Virus record (IMG/VR): IMGVR_UViG_3300037755_000740
Location: 1-44,715 of that record
Length of the DNA: 44,715 bases
Origin: a virus
Taxonomy: Duplodnaviria > Caudoviricetes
Strand: one strand, 5' to 3'
Positions 14,863-25,323 of the stretch are shown here, piece after piece. The notes under the pieces were generated by a model. The model made no database searches. It was not told the DNA's origin and was given only the letters and a program-made list of their open reading frames with translations. Position 1 is the first letter of the stretch. Each line of letters starts with the position of its first letter. The translations under genes and the position numbers were made by a program.

Positions 14863-17800
14863 TCAACCAATTGGAATGAGTCTACGCGCGAGAGAAAGCC
14901 CGGCAGGGGTAGGTGTGGCGAGTTGGAAGTCCTCGAGCTTGCCTTCCGCGCTGAGTGCCTGGACCTGGGAGATGTACGGCCGAAGCGCGGGGTACTGCTC
15001 GGCTTCGGTGTAGTTACCTGAGCGAAGAGCTTCCGACAACACCTTCTTCTGGTTCTCCTGCAGCGCGAGCTCGTTCTTCATCTCTTCCTGAGGCACGTTC
15101 ACGGTCTTCGTGAGGACCGGGAAGCCGGCCTGGGACCGGAGGAGGTTGAGCGCCGCCTCGGGGTTGCTACGGGCCAACTCCTTGAACTCCTGCGACGTCC
15201 CCGTCAAGGAGCGAAGGAGCTCGACCTGGGGGATGGTGTTCGAGAGGAAGGCTGTGAGGGGATTGTCGTTACGTGCCGCGAGTCGGCCCGTCATCGAGTC
15301 ATAGCGGAGCGTCGGGTAGAGCTCCGGCCCACCGGCCATCGTGTCGATGCCGACCTGCTCAGCGAGGGTCTGAATGATCGGATTGGTTTGACCGAGGAGC
15401 CCCGCGAGGGTGAAGTTGTCTGCCACGTCACGGAACGGGTTGAGGCCATCGAGCTTGATCTGGGTGACATTGCCGTTCTCATCAGGCTCACCGAGGAAGA
15501 AGCCATTGAGGAACCGTTCGGGGAGGCCCGTCCCGAAGTCTTCTTCTTCCGCGCGAGCAAACGCACCGAGGACTGCGGTACGCCACGGGTGCTCCATCGG
15601 GTAACGGAGCGCGTATCGGGTGATGTGCTGCATGAACGAGTAGAACGGAGCCATGTAGCGCATGACGGTACGTTCGACAGGAGTGAGTTCCGTCCAGTCG
15701 GCGAGGACTTTGCGCGCGGATTCTTCCCCGAGACTCGCTGCCTTGGTAGCCGTGGCCCCCTTCTTCAACGCGCGACCTTCAGCCTCCATGTAGTTCATCG
15801 TGCGGAACATCTGGTCGACGAACTCGTTCCGGTCAAACGACCACTTCACTGCCTTCCCGAACGCCTTACGAACTGGGGAAGTGACCTTGCCGGCCGCGCG
15901 CGCGGCGTTCACCTCGTCCATGATCCGACCACCAGTTTTGCCGGCCGAATGGTTCCATTCCTGCGCGAGCTGCTGCGAATGGGAAACCTTGCGCCGGAAG
16001 ACATCGGACTTGATGTTGACGTGACCTTCACGGATTGACTTGTACGCGCGTGGGAGGTGACGGAACGCGAACGGATTCTCCGCTGTAGTCGCCATCGCCC
16101 CACCGAGGAGGTTGTAGAACTGCCACCGTGGGGAAAGTGGGAGAACGGCGGTACGGAACACGTTCATCACCGGGTCGATAGCCGCGGCGATGGGAGACTT
16201 CGCCGTCTTCATGAAGTCGTCGAGGTTCTTGAGGGTGTTCTTCGGGATGTAGATGTCAGTATCACCGAACTTGCCCGCGATCTTCGTATTCCGCGAGATA
16301 CCGAGTCCCTTGAAGTCCAGCTTGCCGTAATCGCGGTTCACGAGACGATCGAGCTCACCAGGAACGAGACGAGGATCACCACCCGCGCGTCGTTCAGCAG
16401 TCGCGCGGTACATCGAATCGAGGTCGGCACGAGACTTACCAAGGATCTCGGCACGGTTGTTGAGAAAGTTCTCTGCACCGCGCCGGCCGAGAAGCTGAGT
16501 TGCCTCGTGGGTGATGGCAACACCAGCCGAACCAGGGGTCGGTGACCAGTCCATCGTCCGCTGCTTCATCGCACCAGGCGTCGTGATCCGTGGCGTGATC
16601 TTCGGGTAAAGGATTGCATTAACCCCACCGCGCGGTACCGCGTGAACGAATACCGGATCGAAGCCATCGTCCTTGAGCTGCTTCCACGTACCTTCGATTT
16701 CCCGTTGCAACGCGCGGTACTCGAGCTCATTGAAGCCAGGGATGTTGTCGAAGTCGCGCGCGACGATCTGGCGGGAGACTTGGGCGATGTTCTCCGGTGT
16801 GCCGTCAGAGAGACGGACCGCGTACTCGTTGGTCGCGCGCGTAGAAAGCTCAGGGACGAAACGGGCTGGGGCTGAACGGGAAGTGACTTTCTGGGCACGG
16901 GCTTCGAGTGTTGACGCGACCTTCTCGGCTCGGCCTGTGCGTTCTACATAACGTGACTGCGCGGCCTTGCGGGACAGGTCGTCGAGTGCCTCAGCGATGT
17001 TGGGCACCTCAAACTTCGTACGTCGAGTAAGGGCACGCGCGAGTTTCGCGGCATCCCTGAACCGACCGGATTCCACGGCATCACGAAGCTTGACGATTTG
17101 AGGGTCGCGGGTGCGCGGGAGAGATTCGAGAATGGCCGTCTGATCCATCGGTGCTTGCGCGCGCGTAAACGGATTAGCTGTCGTGTCTTCAAACGCCTGA
17201 ATCAACGTGCCCCGGTCGATCTCCTTCGCGCGGTACTTCTTCACCGCGTCGAAGAGGTGACTGGCCTCGATCCCTGCGGCGTCAAGGTTATGTGCGTACC
17301 CTTCCGCGAGGCGTGCGGCTGATGTGGTCTTCAGTTCCTGGGGGGAAAGGGCACGGCGGATCTCAGTGCCCAGCATCCCGATCTCAGCACCCTCGAGAGG
17401 TGTCCCCATCCGCTGGTGGATGCCGGCAAGAGCCTTGGCCTTGTCAGCCTTCGTACGGGCCTTGAAAATCTTCGCAGCGGTCTTCGGGTCGAACCACTCT
17501 CCCTCCGCTGTCGGCTCGACACGTTCCCCACGTGGACCAACCTTCTGCACAGCCTCATCCGGGGGAAGCATCGTATTAGCTTCACGCGCGGTCTGCTCGG
17601 TAAGTTCGCGCGCGCGGGACACGTACTCCGTCTGCAGGTCGGTCATGCCAGAGTAGTCGCCGCGTTGCATCCGTTCGGTTGTAGAGACGATGTCTTCGGG
17701 GGTGAGACCACGCTTCTGAAAGTCGAGATCGAGGAGCTGGCCTTCGCGCGCGATACGTCCTACACCCGTTTCAGGTTCGAGAGGATTCGGCATTGTCTTC

Positions 17801-18630
17801 GTACGCGCGCCAAGTTTGACTTCGACTGATGGTGCGATCTCTTCCGCGATGGCGAGGTTCTCGTTGCTGAACGCACGTGCATCACCGCGGGACTGCTGAC
17901 CGACGGCGCGACGGGTGGCCTGACCGACACGTGACGACGCGAGATCCCTGGCGCCGGCTTTCACGGTACGCGCGACAGCCGTGTCAGCAACGTTGGCTCG
18001 GAGCGTCTGCCCGGCACCAGTACCAAGAGCCTTGTTCGCGAAGGGGAGAACATCGAGGCCGGCCATGACAGGATGACGAACGAGCTCACCGGCCGGCACC
18101 CCACCAGGCAGCAACCCACCAGCGACGAACGCACCAGGAAGAAGCCTGATACCAGGAAGCATCGCGACGTCCCCGAGTGTGTCGACCTTCTCGATCTCGT
18201 CACCAATGTGAGTCAACGCGTACGCCTCGTTGACCGCGGTGATCGGTAGTTTCGGGATCTCCGTGACGAGAGACTGGATGTCCTTACGCGCGTTGTTGAG
18301 GAAGTCGAGCGGGTTCCAGGGGGAGGTCTCCTTCTTCTTCGTGACCGGCTTGTGCTTCACGGCCGCGACGAGGGAAAGCGCGGTCTGTTCGGTGGAGAGC
18401 GGGTACTGACCCTTCAGCGCACGTTGATGGTCGAGCTCGATGAGGGACCGGCGGACGTTCTTCGGGACGGCCTTGAGCGCCGAGATGGTCTCAGGGTTCG
18501 AGTACTTGCGACCGAACGCGGCTTGGGTCTGGGGGAGCTGCTGGATGATCGGCGCGGCAGTATCTGACTGGTCGGTAAGACCAGGAAGGGGGATCGGGGA
18601 GAGCTGCGCGAGTGGCTCGAGGAACGTCAC
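14863..18630 (-). CDS. Large internal virion / DNA ejection protein (putative)
   Basis: 1255 aa, mostly helical; end of the structural arm of a genome with no tape measure; PFYSF..H motif in the C-terminal part. Confidence 0.6.
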   Translation of the reverse strand: MTFLEPLAQLSPIPLPGLTDQSDTAAPIIQQLPQTQAAFGRKYSNPETISALKAVPKNVRRSLIELDHQRALKGQYPLSTEQTALSLVAAVKHKPVTKKKETSPWNPLDFLNNARKDIQSLVTEIPKLPITAVNEAYALTHIGDEIEKVDTLGDVAMLPGIRLLPGAFVAGGLLPGGVPAGELVRHPVMAGLDVLPFANKALGTGAGQTLRANVADTAVARTVKAGARDLASSRVGQATRRAVGQQSRGDARAFSNENLAIAEEIAPSVEVKLGARTKTMPNPLEPETGVGRIAREGQLLDLDFQKRGLTPEDIVSTTERMQRGDYSGMTDLQTEYVSRARELTEQTAREANTMLPPDEAVQKVGPRGERVEPTAEGEWFDPKTAAKIFKARTKADKAKALAGIHQRMGTPLEGAEIGMLGTEIRRALSPQELKTTSAARLAEGYAHNLDAAGIEASHLFDAVKKYRAKEIDRGTLIQAFEDTTANPFTRAQAPMDQTAILESLPRTRDPQIVKLRDAVESGRFRDAAKLARALTRRTKFEVPNIAEALDDLSRKAAQSRYVERTGRAEKVASTLEARAQKVTSRSAPARFVPELSTRATNEYAVRLSDGTPENIAQVSRQIVARDFDNIPGFNELEYRALQREIEGTWKQLKDDGFDPVFVHAVPRGGVNAILYPKITPRITTPGAMKQRTMDWSPTPGSAGVAITHEATQLLGRRGAENFLNNRAEILGKSRADLDSMYRATAERRAGGDPRLVPGELDRLVNRDYGKLDFKGLGISRNTKIAGKFGDTDIYIPKNTLKNLDDFMKTAKSPIAAAIDPVMNVFRTAVLPLSPRWQFYNLLGGAMATTAENPFAFRHLPRAYKSIREGHVNIKSDVFRRKVSHSQQLAQEWNHSAGKTGGRIMDEVNAARAAGKVTSPVRKAFGKAVKWSFDRNEFVDQMFRTMNYMEAEGRALKKGATATKAASLGEESARKVLADWTELTPVERTVMRYMAPFYSFMQHITRYALRYPMEHPWRTAVLGAFARAEEEDFGTGLPERFLNGFFLGEPDENGNVTQIKLDGLNPFRDVADNFTLAGLLGQTNPIIQTLAEQVGIDTMAGGPELYPTLRYDSMTGRLAARNDNPLTAFLSNTIPQVELLRSLTGTSQEFKELARSNPEAALNLLRSQAGFPVLTKTVNVPQEEMKNELALQENQKKVLSEALRSGNYTEAEQYPALRPYISQVQALSAEGKLEDFQLATPTPAGLSLARRLIPIG

Positions 18631-18635
18631 CTTCT

Positions 18636-19022
18636 TCAGGTGCCTTCGGTGGAATCAAACCGGTTATCGATCAGCCGCATAGCAGCATTCGCCTGGCGGG
18701 TGAGGAGACGCGTCTGCGCGAGTACTTGTGTCTGTGTTGGCGACACAATCGCAAGGAACGCGTCGTTCGCTACGAGCGCCGCTGGGATCTTGTCGATGAT
18801 CGATCGACGATTGGCTACTTCGAGTGGCTCAGGTGGGACCAACGCCTTCACGACGGTCACACCATCGAACGTGTCGCCCGCTACGACCGGCACACCTCCT
18901 GTCGCGCGGAACTCAAAGCCGTCCCCTGGTTGGAAGTTTGGTGCCTCGACTGGATCCCACAGGATCACATTCTCGACGATGTTGTCGACGATGCGACAAA
19001 TGGCGTACGGGTCGGCACTCAT
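18636..19022 (-). CDS. Tail-fibre-associated protein (possible chaperone)
   Basis: ATGA overlap with the fibre stop; YA...NIVENVILWD...GDTFDG pattern. Confidence 0.6.
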   Translation of the reverse strand: MSADPYAICRIVDNIVENVILWDPVEAPNFQPGDGFEFRATGGVPVVAGDTFDGVTVVKALVPPEPLEVANRRSIIDKIPAALVANDAFLAIVSPTQTQVLAQTRLLTRQANAAMRLIDNRFDSTEGT

Positions 19023-20986
19023 GCGGTCGTGAACTCCAGGGTTCCGCAAATCGTCATGACCTCCGCGTAGCCGGCTCCGCCGGTTCCTCCGATGCCGGGG
19101 GCGCCTGCCCCACCGGCGTTCTGCCCACCACTACCACCACCACCGCCGCCGGGTCGACCCCCGGCCCCACCAGCACCCGAGTTGGAACCGGCCGTTTCTT
19201 CTGCTCCGCCACCGCCGCCACCGCCGCCATAGCCTTGCCTACGACCATTCGAGTCGGCTGGTGAGTCGGTCCCCGCGCCACCCGCTCCGCCCCCTGCAGT
19301 ACCAGCCGTCCCTCCAGCATTCGTACCGGACCCTTCTGCGCCGGACCCGCCGGCACCACCAGCTCGTTCGGTGCCACCTTCATCCACGCCGCCGCAACCA
19401 CCAGCACCTGGTAGCGCCGCGGTCATGCCGGAAAGCCCGGCGTTCGACGTCGCGAGAGTTGAGTACGAACTGATCGGGCACACGAAGAAGTTGAACGCGC
19501 CGAGCACCACGAACCCGCTGAATCGCATCGAGACCTGCGCGCCGGGGTTCCCGGCCGTGAGGACGGTAGCGAGACCGCCCTGCCCACCACCGTTCGCGCT
19601 GGCACCCGGCAAGAACGTCGCGGTCACTGCTCCACCTCCACCCGCGATCCCGAACGTCCCAAATGTCGTAGCACCACCCAAGGTACCGGACTCGCCGTCA
19701 CCTCCACCCTTCGCGTCGCCACCGGGACCACCCGCCCCGATCGTCACCGCGACCGTTGTGCCAACCGGCCCGATCTGTGCTGGGTCAACCCATCCATCGG
19801 CGACACCACCTGCACCACCTCCTGACCCACCGAACCGGTTCGTCGCGCCTTCACGGCCCTCACCGCCACCTGCTCCCGCGCCTACCAGCCGGTAGTAGAT
19901 CGCCGCTGCTCCAGCGGGCAGTTCGTAGTTCGCGGACGAGTCGAACACCTGCCAGTTGACATACGCGTCAGTGCGCGTGAACACGAGCGCGGTTGTGCCG
20001 ATCGTGATTGTCGCGTTGTTGGTGAGCTTCCAGATCGAATCCTTGTTACGTGTCCCCTCCGACACCATGATCACCGCGCCAAGTGCCTCTGAATCAACAT
20101 CGAAATCAGCTGAGCGTGTCGGCGCACCAGACGCGTTGACTGTGTAGATGCCGTTCTCCGCGCCTGCCGCCTGATCCTTGATGAGGATCCGATCGTTCGT
20201 CGCGAGAACGATGCCATCGACAGTGTCACCGTTCTCGAACGAGGTGGCGAGAGTGCCCGCGGTAATCGTCGCGACGCGAACGGATTGCTTCCATGCCCCG
20301 ATGTAGTCCGCGGTGAGTGAAGGGGTGCCATCGGTATACGTGAGGTCGATGGTCGCGGTGTCTGCGACCATTCCACCGACGGCGTCCTGTGCAGCTTCTG
20401 TGAAATCTGTGATGGCAGTGGACGGAATGGCGATATCCACCGTCGCTGCCGCGGTGAGCCGGCCGTCCGCGTCGACAGTGAATGTCGCTACCGCAGTTGC
20501 CGACCCGTAAGGGTTGGGAGTAACGGCAGTAGCCTCGAGCTGCGTCGGGCCAATGGAGCCCGTGACGACGTTCGCGGTGATCGTGTTGGCGCCATCGTTG
20601 TAGACGAGGTCAATGGTAGTGGTGTCGGTGAGGATGCCACCGACCGTGTCTTGCGCCGCCTCGTTGAACCCTGTGATGGATCCAGGGAGAAGAGTGACGG
20701 CCGTCCATGTCGTGCCGTCCGAGATGTAGATGATCTCCGTGTCGGTCGCGTAGAAGACTCCGAAGTCATTGGTAGCACCCGCAGCCGGCCGGTTCGCAAT
20801 GACATCCGCGACCGCGCCATAGACGGTGACAGTGACGTCATTGCCAACCGCGGTCGCGATGGCGGCTTGGAGGAAGTTGATGACCTCAACCGCGGAGGTG
20901 AGCGCGATACCTCCTGCCTGGACCTCAACAGGGTTACCCCCACCGCCGCCACCCGTACCGGGGACAGAGTACGCCCAGGACGGCAT
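19019..20986 (-). CDS. Tail fibre with Gly-rich C-terminal domain
   Basis: WKQSVRVAT...VDG...DRILIKDQ...ENGIY fibre module; two EAAQD.VGG...TIDL.Y.DG repeats; GGGGG-rich tail. Confidence 0.8.
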   Translation of the reverse strand: MPSWAYSVPGTGGGGGGNPVEVQAGGIALTSAVEVINFLQAAIATAVGNDVTVTVYGAVADVIANRPAAGATNDFGVFYATDTEIIYISDGTTWTAVTLLPGSITGFNEAAQDTVGGILTDTTTIDLVYNDGANTITANVVTGSIGPTQLEATAVTPNPYGSATAVATFTVDADGRLTAAATVDIAIPSTAITDFTEAAQDAVGGMVADTATIDLTYTDGTPSLTADYIGAWKQSVRVATITAGTLATSFENGDTVDGIVLATNDRILIKDQAAGAENGIYTVNASGAPTRSADFDVDSEALGAVIMVSEGTRNKDSIWKLTNNATITIGTTALVFTRTDAYVNWQVFDSSANYELPAGAAAIYYRLVGAGAGGGEGREGATNRFGGSGGGAGGVADGWVDPAQIGPVGTTVAVTIGAGGPGGDAKGGGDGESGTLGGATTFGTFGIAGGGGAVTATFLPGASANGGGQGGLATVLTAGNPGAQVSMRFSGFVVLGAFNFFVCPISSYSTLATSNAGLSGMTAALPGAGGCGGVDEGGTERAGGAGGSGAEGSGTNAGGTAGTAGGGAGGAGTDSPADSNGRRQGYGGGGGGGGAEETAGSNSGAGGAGGRPGGGGGGSGGQNAGGAGAPGIGGTGGAGYAEVMTICGTLEFTTA

Positions 20987-20989
20987 TCG

Positions 20990-21250
20990 TTAGAGACCTC
21001 GACGCAGCACGTAAAGGGTCGCGGTGGACGCAGTGATCGCGTAGATGGGTTCGTTCACGACGTCGATCGACGCGACTTCACCCGCGACGATCGGAAAGCC
21101 GTTCGCGGTGGTGAGATCAGGCCCGCCGATGTACACCGTGTTCCCACCTGTCGCGACCTTGAGGAAGCACGCCATCTTGTAATCGACGTTGTTGTTTGGC
21201 GTGACGATAACCGCGCGGGTGGAAGTGACAGACTCGACGACGGATTTCAC
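20990..21250 (-). CDS. Small beta-rich structural protein (paralog of 34688-34981)
   Basis: TVYIGG...GFPIVAG...IYAITAS. Confidence 0.6.
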   Translation of the reverse strand: MKSVVESVTSTRAVIVTPNNNVDYKMACFLKVATGGNTVYIGGPDLTTANGFPIVAGEVASIDVVNEPIYAITASTATLYVLRRGL

Positions 21251-21552
21251 AGGAGCCTTTCGAGAGCATCAGCGGCAGCAATCATCCCCGCGCAAAGGAA
21301 GATGATCTTCCACCACGGGATAAGGACGCGATGAACGTGAATGGGCGGATCGGCGGGAAGTGGGGAGATCTCGTCGCCGGGAGGTCGCGTAGGTGAAGGA
21401 GGGAGCGCGAATGTGTTGACACGGACGTTGCCGGTGAGCCGACCGAACGCGTCGAGCTCTTCCATCACAACATCGGTGTTGGAACGGGACCGTTCGCGCC
21501 ACGTGGTTTCGAGGGGGGGAAGGTCATGGAAGCCAGGATCGAGATTCTTCAC
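21247..21552 (-). CDS. Hypothetical protein with C-terminal hydrophobic helix
   Basis: GTGA overlaps at both ends. Confidence 0.55.
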   Translation of the reverse strand: MKNLDPGFHDLPPLETTWRERSRSNTDVVMEELDAFGRLTGNVRVNTFALPPSPTRPPGDEISPLPADPPIHVHRVLIPWWKIIFLCAGMIAAADALERLL

Positions 21553-22313
21553 TTCTTCTTCCCTACGCCGGCAGCGGCCAACGCTTCCTCAAGTGATTGA
21601 CTCCCACCCGTTGAACCGCCCTGACCTTGGAGCTGCGCCTGATACGCCTGCTGAGCAAGCTGGGCATCCTGAGCCTGCTGCTGCTGCAGGGAGTTCATGT
21701 ACGGCACCATCTGCAGTTGGTTCGCGTACGTCGCGGCCATGTCCGCGGCCTGAGTGCGTTGGTTCGCCGCGGCGTTCTGTGCGTACATCTGGAACTGTGG
21801 GGGAAGAGTACCGGCGAGGTTCTCCTGCAGACCGGCTTGAGCGTTCGCGGTGTTCATCATGTTGCCGACGAGCGGCTGAAGGAACTGCTGCGCGAGTGCC
21901 TGAGCCGCAAGCGACTTCGAGAGGTCGTTCTTCCCGCCGCCACTGAGCTGATCGAGGAGAAGCTGTGAAGCTTGGCGATACGCGGACTTCTTGCCCTTCC
22001 GGTTGTTCGGTCCCAGTGCCTTGAGGGTGAGGAACGAGTTCATCACCTCAGCTGAACCTTCCGGTCCGAGGTTCGCGAACTTCAGCGCGGCCTGGAGGCG
22101 TTCCTGGAAGTTCCGCTGGTCACCTCTGCCCTGTCTACGCGCAGGGCGGTTTCCTCCCGCGTTCCGACCCTGAGCGGCTTGCAGCACCTTCGGAGCAGTG
22201 TTCGCTGCCTGATTGATGTACGCGGGCACGTTGCCGGGAATCAGCGCGCCCCATCCACCAGGATCGAAGCCTTCACCGATCTGTGCTGCCGTGTCCGTGA
22301 AGAAGTTGCCCAT
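21549..22313 (-). CDS. Gln/Ala-rich putative internal virion (ejection) protein
   Basis: GAGGTAGG RBS; low-complexity helical composition; position after adaptor. Confidence 0.55.
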   Translation of the reverse strand: MGNFFTDTAAQIGEGFDPGGWGALIPGNVPAYINQAANTAPKVLQAAQGRNAGGNRPARRQGRGDQRNFQERLQAALKFANLGPEGSAEVMNSFLTLKALGPNNRKGKKSAYRQASQLLLDQLSGGGKNDLSKSLAAQALAQQFLQPLVGNMMNTANAQAGLQENLAGTLPPQFQMYAQNAAANQRTQAADMAATYANQLQMVPYMNSLQQQQAQDAQLAQQAYQAQLQGQGGSTGGSQSLEEALAAAGVGKKK

Positions 22314-22330
22314 CGCGTGTTCACCTACCT

Positions 22331-23254
22331 CTAGTTCTTCGGAAAGTACCCGCCGTAGTCGAGTGCCTGGTTGAAGAGCTGCAGACCAAGCTGCCGATCA
22401 TCCGCGCGCGAAGAGTTCAGCTTGTCCATGATGTCGTTGACGTCAACGTACTGCTGGATGTTCAACCCTTCGATGCCCTTCTGGAGCTGATTCTTGAGCT
22501 GCGTCGAGTTGAGCCCGAGACGCTGGGACTGGAGACCGAGTTGCTTGACACGGTCGCCGGCCTGAGCCTTGTTCTCTGTGAGGCCGGCCTGTTCGTTGTT
22601 GAGCGAGATGCCACCACGTTCGTTGCCGATCCGCGCGCCTTCTCTGCCAACATCGATCTGACCGAGCTGATCGACGAGGTTGCCGTAGATGTCGACGTTC
22701 TTGTCGCGAAGTCCCTGGGAGTTGGTCGCCCCGCGCGCGGTTGCATCGGAGGAGACTTGACGAACGTTCGTGGCCGCGTTGCGTCGTGTAGTGGAAGTGT
22801 CGAAGTCGAAGCCTCGCATCTGGTTGGCGAGCTCGCGCGCGAGGAGACCACGGGACTGGTCGAGACCACGCTGCTGCACGTCGTACAGGCCACCAGGATT
22901 GAGGACACGTTGAGCGGCATTGCGATCGATCTGATTGCCTTGCATGTCGAGCCCAAGGAGCTGGGAGTCGACGCCGTAATCCTTGTTCAGCCAGCCCTTC
23001 GACCAATCGGTGTTCCCGCCGATGAAGTTGAGCTGGTTGTTGAGGGAAGCCTGGCTGGCACGACCCTGAGCGGAAGAACCACTCTTCCAGTCGTAGCCGG
23101 CTGCACCGGAGAGGAAGTTCAACGCGTTGCCGTACGAGTTGTCCATCTGGTTCGACGCGGACGCGGTGTTGTAACCCGATTGGGCCTTCGACGGTCCGGA
23201 CGCGATAGAGCCGACCTTCTTGCCGACCTGTGACCACGGAATCGCGAGCGCCAT
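22331..23254 (-). CDS. Gly/Asn/Gln-rich putative internal virion (ejection) protein
   Basis: ATG 23254 with GAGGT RBS; composition and position typical of podovirus pilot proteins. Confidence 0.55.
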   Translation of the reverse strand: MALAIPWSQVGKKVGSIASGPSKAQSGYNTASASNQMDNSYGNALNFLSGAAGYDWKSGSSAQGRASQASLNNQLNFIGGNTDWSKGWLNKDYGVDSQLLGLDMQGNQIDRNAAQRVLNPGGLYDVQQRGLDQSRGLLARELANQMRGFDFDTSTTRRNAATNVRQVSSDATARGATNSQGLRDKNVDIYGNLVDQLGQIDVGREGARIGNERGGISLNNEQAGLTENKAQAGDRVKQLGLQSQRLGLNSTQLKNQLQKGIEGLNIQQYVDVNDIMDKLNSSRADDRQLGLQLFNQALDYGGYFPKN

Positions 23255-23256
23255 GC

Positions 23257-23949
23257 CTAGTAGACCTCGCCCAAGAGCCACCACGGTACGGCCCCACCGG
23301 TGACATCGTCGGGTACGAACTGACCTGACTGATCGGAGAAACGCGTCACGGTCGCGAGCATCGACGTGAGGTCCGCCTCGTACAGCCCTTTCGCTTCCTG
23401 CCAGCGTGGATCAGCATCGTTACGCATCGCGGTGTACTCCGCGAACGAGACGACGAGGTTCTCCCAACCCTCAGGGAGGTTGAGTGGGATGGAAGGATTG
23501 TCCGTAGTGAGCACGTTCGGCAGCGCGTAGTAGAAGACTTTCAGTGACCCAGCCGTCGCGGGGATCGGATACACGCGGATCGAAAGCGTCGGCGGGTAGC
23601 CCCAAAGCGTGAAGTACGCGGGTGAGGAGGATTGGCTGATGTCCTGCTGCGTCCACCACACGCCGTCCATCGCGTTGAGGTCACGGAACTCGAGTGGGTA
23701 CACCATCGACTCACCGTCACGCGTGTACTGGATGCGATACACGCGGACGCAATCGGTCGGCCCGACAACTTCCGCGGTGCCGGCCGTGATCACCACATCC
23801 TCGGTGTCGAACAAGCATTCGGTCTTTCGGGCGATGTCCCTCGCGCCTTCGTTGATGAAGCGCGTCAGTTGATCATCGGACCACTTCCGAGCCGTGGCCT
23901 CGTCGAGCCGGTCACGAGTCTGCAGGAGGTAGTTGGTCAACGACTGCAT
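23257..23949 (-). CDS. Head-to-tail adaptor / tail tubular protein A-like
   Basis: RDRLDE...WSDDQLTRFINEG..DIA, IRVYPIP, VFYYALP, LPEGWENLVV. Confidence 0.75.
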   Translation of the reverse strand: MQSLTNYLLQTRDRLDEATARKWSDDQLTRFINEGARDIARKTECLFDTEDVVITAGTAEVVGPTDCVRVYRIQYTRDGESMVYPLEFRDLNAMDGVWWTQQDISQSSSPAYFTLWGYPPTLSIRVYPIPATAGSLKVFYYALPNVLTTDNPSIPLNLPEGWENLVVSFAEYTAMRNDADPRWQEAKGLYEADLTSMLATVTRFSDQSGQFVPDDVTGGAVPWWLLGEVY

Positions 23950-24265
23950 CTATGGCCTCGTGCTCGATGAAGAAACGGAGCTGGTCCCGTTCCTCAGAAT
24001 ACGCCGCGATGTCGCCTTTCATGCGGATGATGTCATCAAGATAGTCGCCCACGTAGGCATCCGCCTCCCGGTCCCGACCGGAGACCGAAGTCTCATTGGA
24101 CTGGGCGAACACCTCCCGTCGCTTCTGCTTCTCCGCGACCTGGGTCATGGCGAGCTCACGGTGAAGGGAAAGGAGCTCAGCGGTGACGGTCGCGAGGCGC
24201 GCGCGGGCATTGGCCGGAGACTTCAGCGCGTAGCGGAAGTCGTTGAGCCAGTCGCCTGTCCTCAA
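23912..24265 (-). CDS. Coiled-coil hypothetical protein
   Basis: TTGA overlap with the holin stop; high GC3. Confidence 0.6.
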   Translation of the reverse strand: MRTGDWLNDFRYALKSPANARARLATVTAELLSLHRELAMTQVAEKQKRREVFAQSNETSVSGRDREADAYVGDYLDDIIRMKGDIAAYSEERDQLRFFIEHEAIDAVVDQLPPADS

Positions 24266-24432
24266 ACGGGAGGAGCGGGGGAGTTCGGCACCGCGAACAC
24301 ACCGGCCGCAGCGACGGCGACAACAATCGTGTCCCAGACGAACGCCTGATCGGAATCGGCACCAAGGAAGTGGACGAGCAACGTGCCGACGAGGCCGACG
24401 ATCGCCACCCAGAACTTGTTGTACTTCGCCAT
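24262..24432 (-). CDS. Holin (two TM, actinophage type), 56 aa
   Basis: MAKYNKFWVAIVGLVGTLLV...VVAVAAAGVFAVPN; GGAG RBS; below the ORF-track cutoff. Confidence 0.75.
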   Translation of the reverse strand: MAKYNKFWVAIVGLVGTLLVHFLGADSDQAFVWDTIVVAVAAAGVFAVPNSPAPPV

Positions 24433-24444
24433 GAAGGGTTACTC

Positions 24445-25065
24445 CTAGCTCACGGCCACGCGGTCAGGCGTGTCCTCTGCGACTTCACCGTCATCTTCGA
24501 TTGGGGTGTCCACGGCATCTGGGCCGAGAACACCGACGCGCGGTTCGGCTGGGCCTCGAGCCTCAGGAGGAGCATCCGCGGTGGCGTCCCCGACCACTTC
24601 ACCGTCTGCCCCGTTGCGCTGCAGCCGCTTCTCGAGAAGACGAAGCTGATTGGCCTGACGTTCGATGGCGGCACGAAGGTCTTCGTTCTCACGCTTCGTC
24701 TGCACATCGGGGGTCACCGAATCGCCGTCAGGATCGTCGATCAACATGGGGATCGCCTGGCCGTCAAGGGAATACACCTTCAACGTCGGTCCCTGGGTGT
24801 CCATGAGATGCGAGTTCTCGTACACCCCGTACTTCACGCAGAGGCGGTTGTACTCGTCGCGGCGTGGTTTCCGTACACCCTCATCGATGAGTGTCGGGTC
24901 GCCGAGCCAAAGCACCGCGGCCTCGTACGGCGCGAAGACTTCCGTACCAGGCGGGATGTTGTAGCGCGCACCCGCGTACCGCGCGACCGGACCAGAGAAC
25001 TCGCGGCCGTCGTCAGGGTTGACGATGCGGACACCTGGCGAACCGGGAGCTTCGACGTACGACAC
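24445..25065 (-). CDS. Hypothetical protein (morphogenesis region)
   Basis: AAGGAG RBS; high GC3. Confidence 0.7.
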   Translation of the reverse strand: MSYVEAPGSPGVRIVNPDDGREFSGPVARYAGARYNIPPGTEVFAPYEAAVLWLGDPTLIDEGVRKPRRDEYNRLCVKYGVYENSHLMDTQGPTLKVYSLDGQAIPMLIDDPDGDSVTPDVQTKRENEDLRAAIERQANQLRLLEKRLQRNGADGEVVGDATADAPPEARGPAEPRVGVLGPDAVDTPIEDDGEVAEDTPDRVAVS

Positions 25066-25067
25066 AG

Positions 25068-25322
25068 TTACTCCTTGATGAGCTGGACGTTGGTGACGGT
25101 GAGAGATGCGACTTCGATCAGCTTCGCCGCGCGCTCGTCGATGGCCTGCTGGATCTGGTTGTCGGTGAGATCGGTGGTATCGATACCGAGTACCTCGAGC
25201 GGCTTCCGATTGCGTCGTTCGTTCTCCTTGAACGGCCAGCCGAACTCGACGGTCGCGGAGAAGCGAAGTGCCGCGTCGGTGTCCTCATCCTCGGTCTTCT
25301 TGGTCGGTGTTTTCTTCGACAT
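25068..25322 (-). CDS. Hypothetical protein
   Basis: MSKKTPTKK start at 25322 directly after the upstream stop. Confidence 0.7.
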   Translation of the reverse strand: MSKKTPTKKTEDEDTDAALRFSATVEFGWPFKENERRNRKPLEVLGIDTTDLTDNQIQQAIDERAAKLIEVASLTVTNVQLIKE

Positions 25323-25323
25323 G

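Noticed and set aside
14863-18630. 1255-aa protein as tape measure or virion RNA polymerase
   Set aside because: No tape-measure periodicity or adjacent tail tube/chaperone genes; no polymerase catalytic motifs recognised
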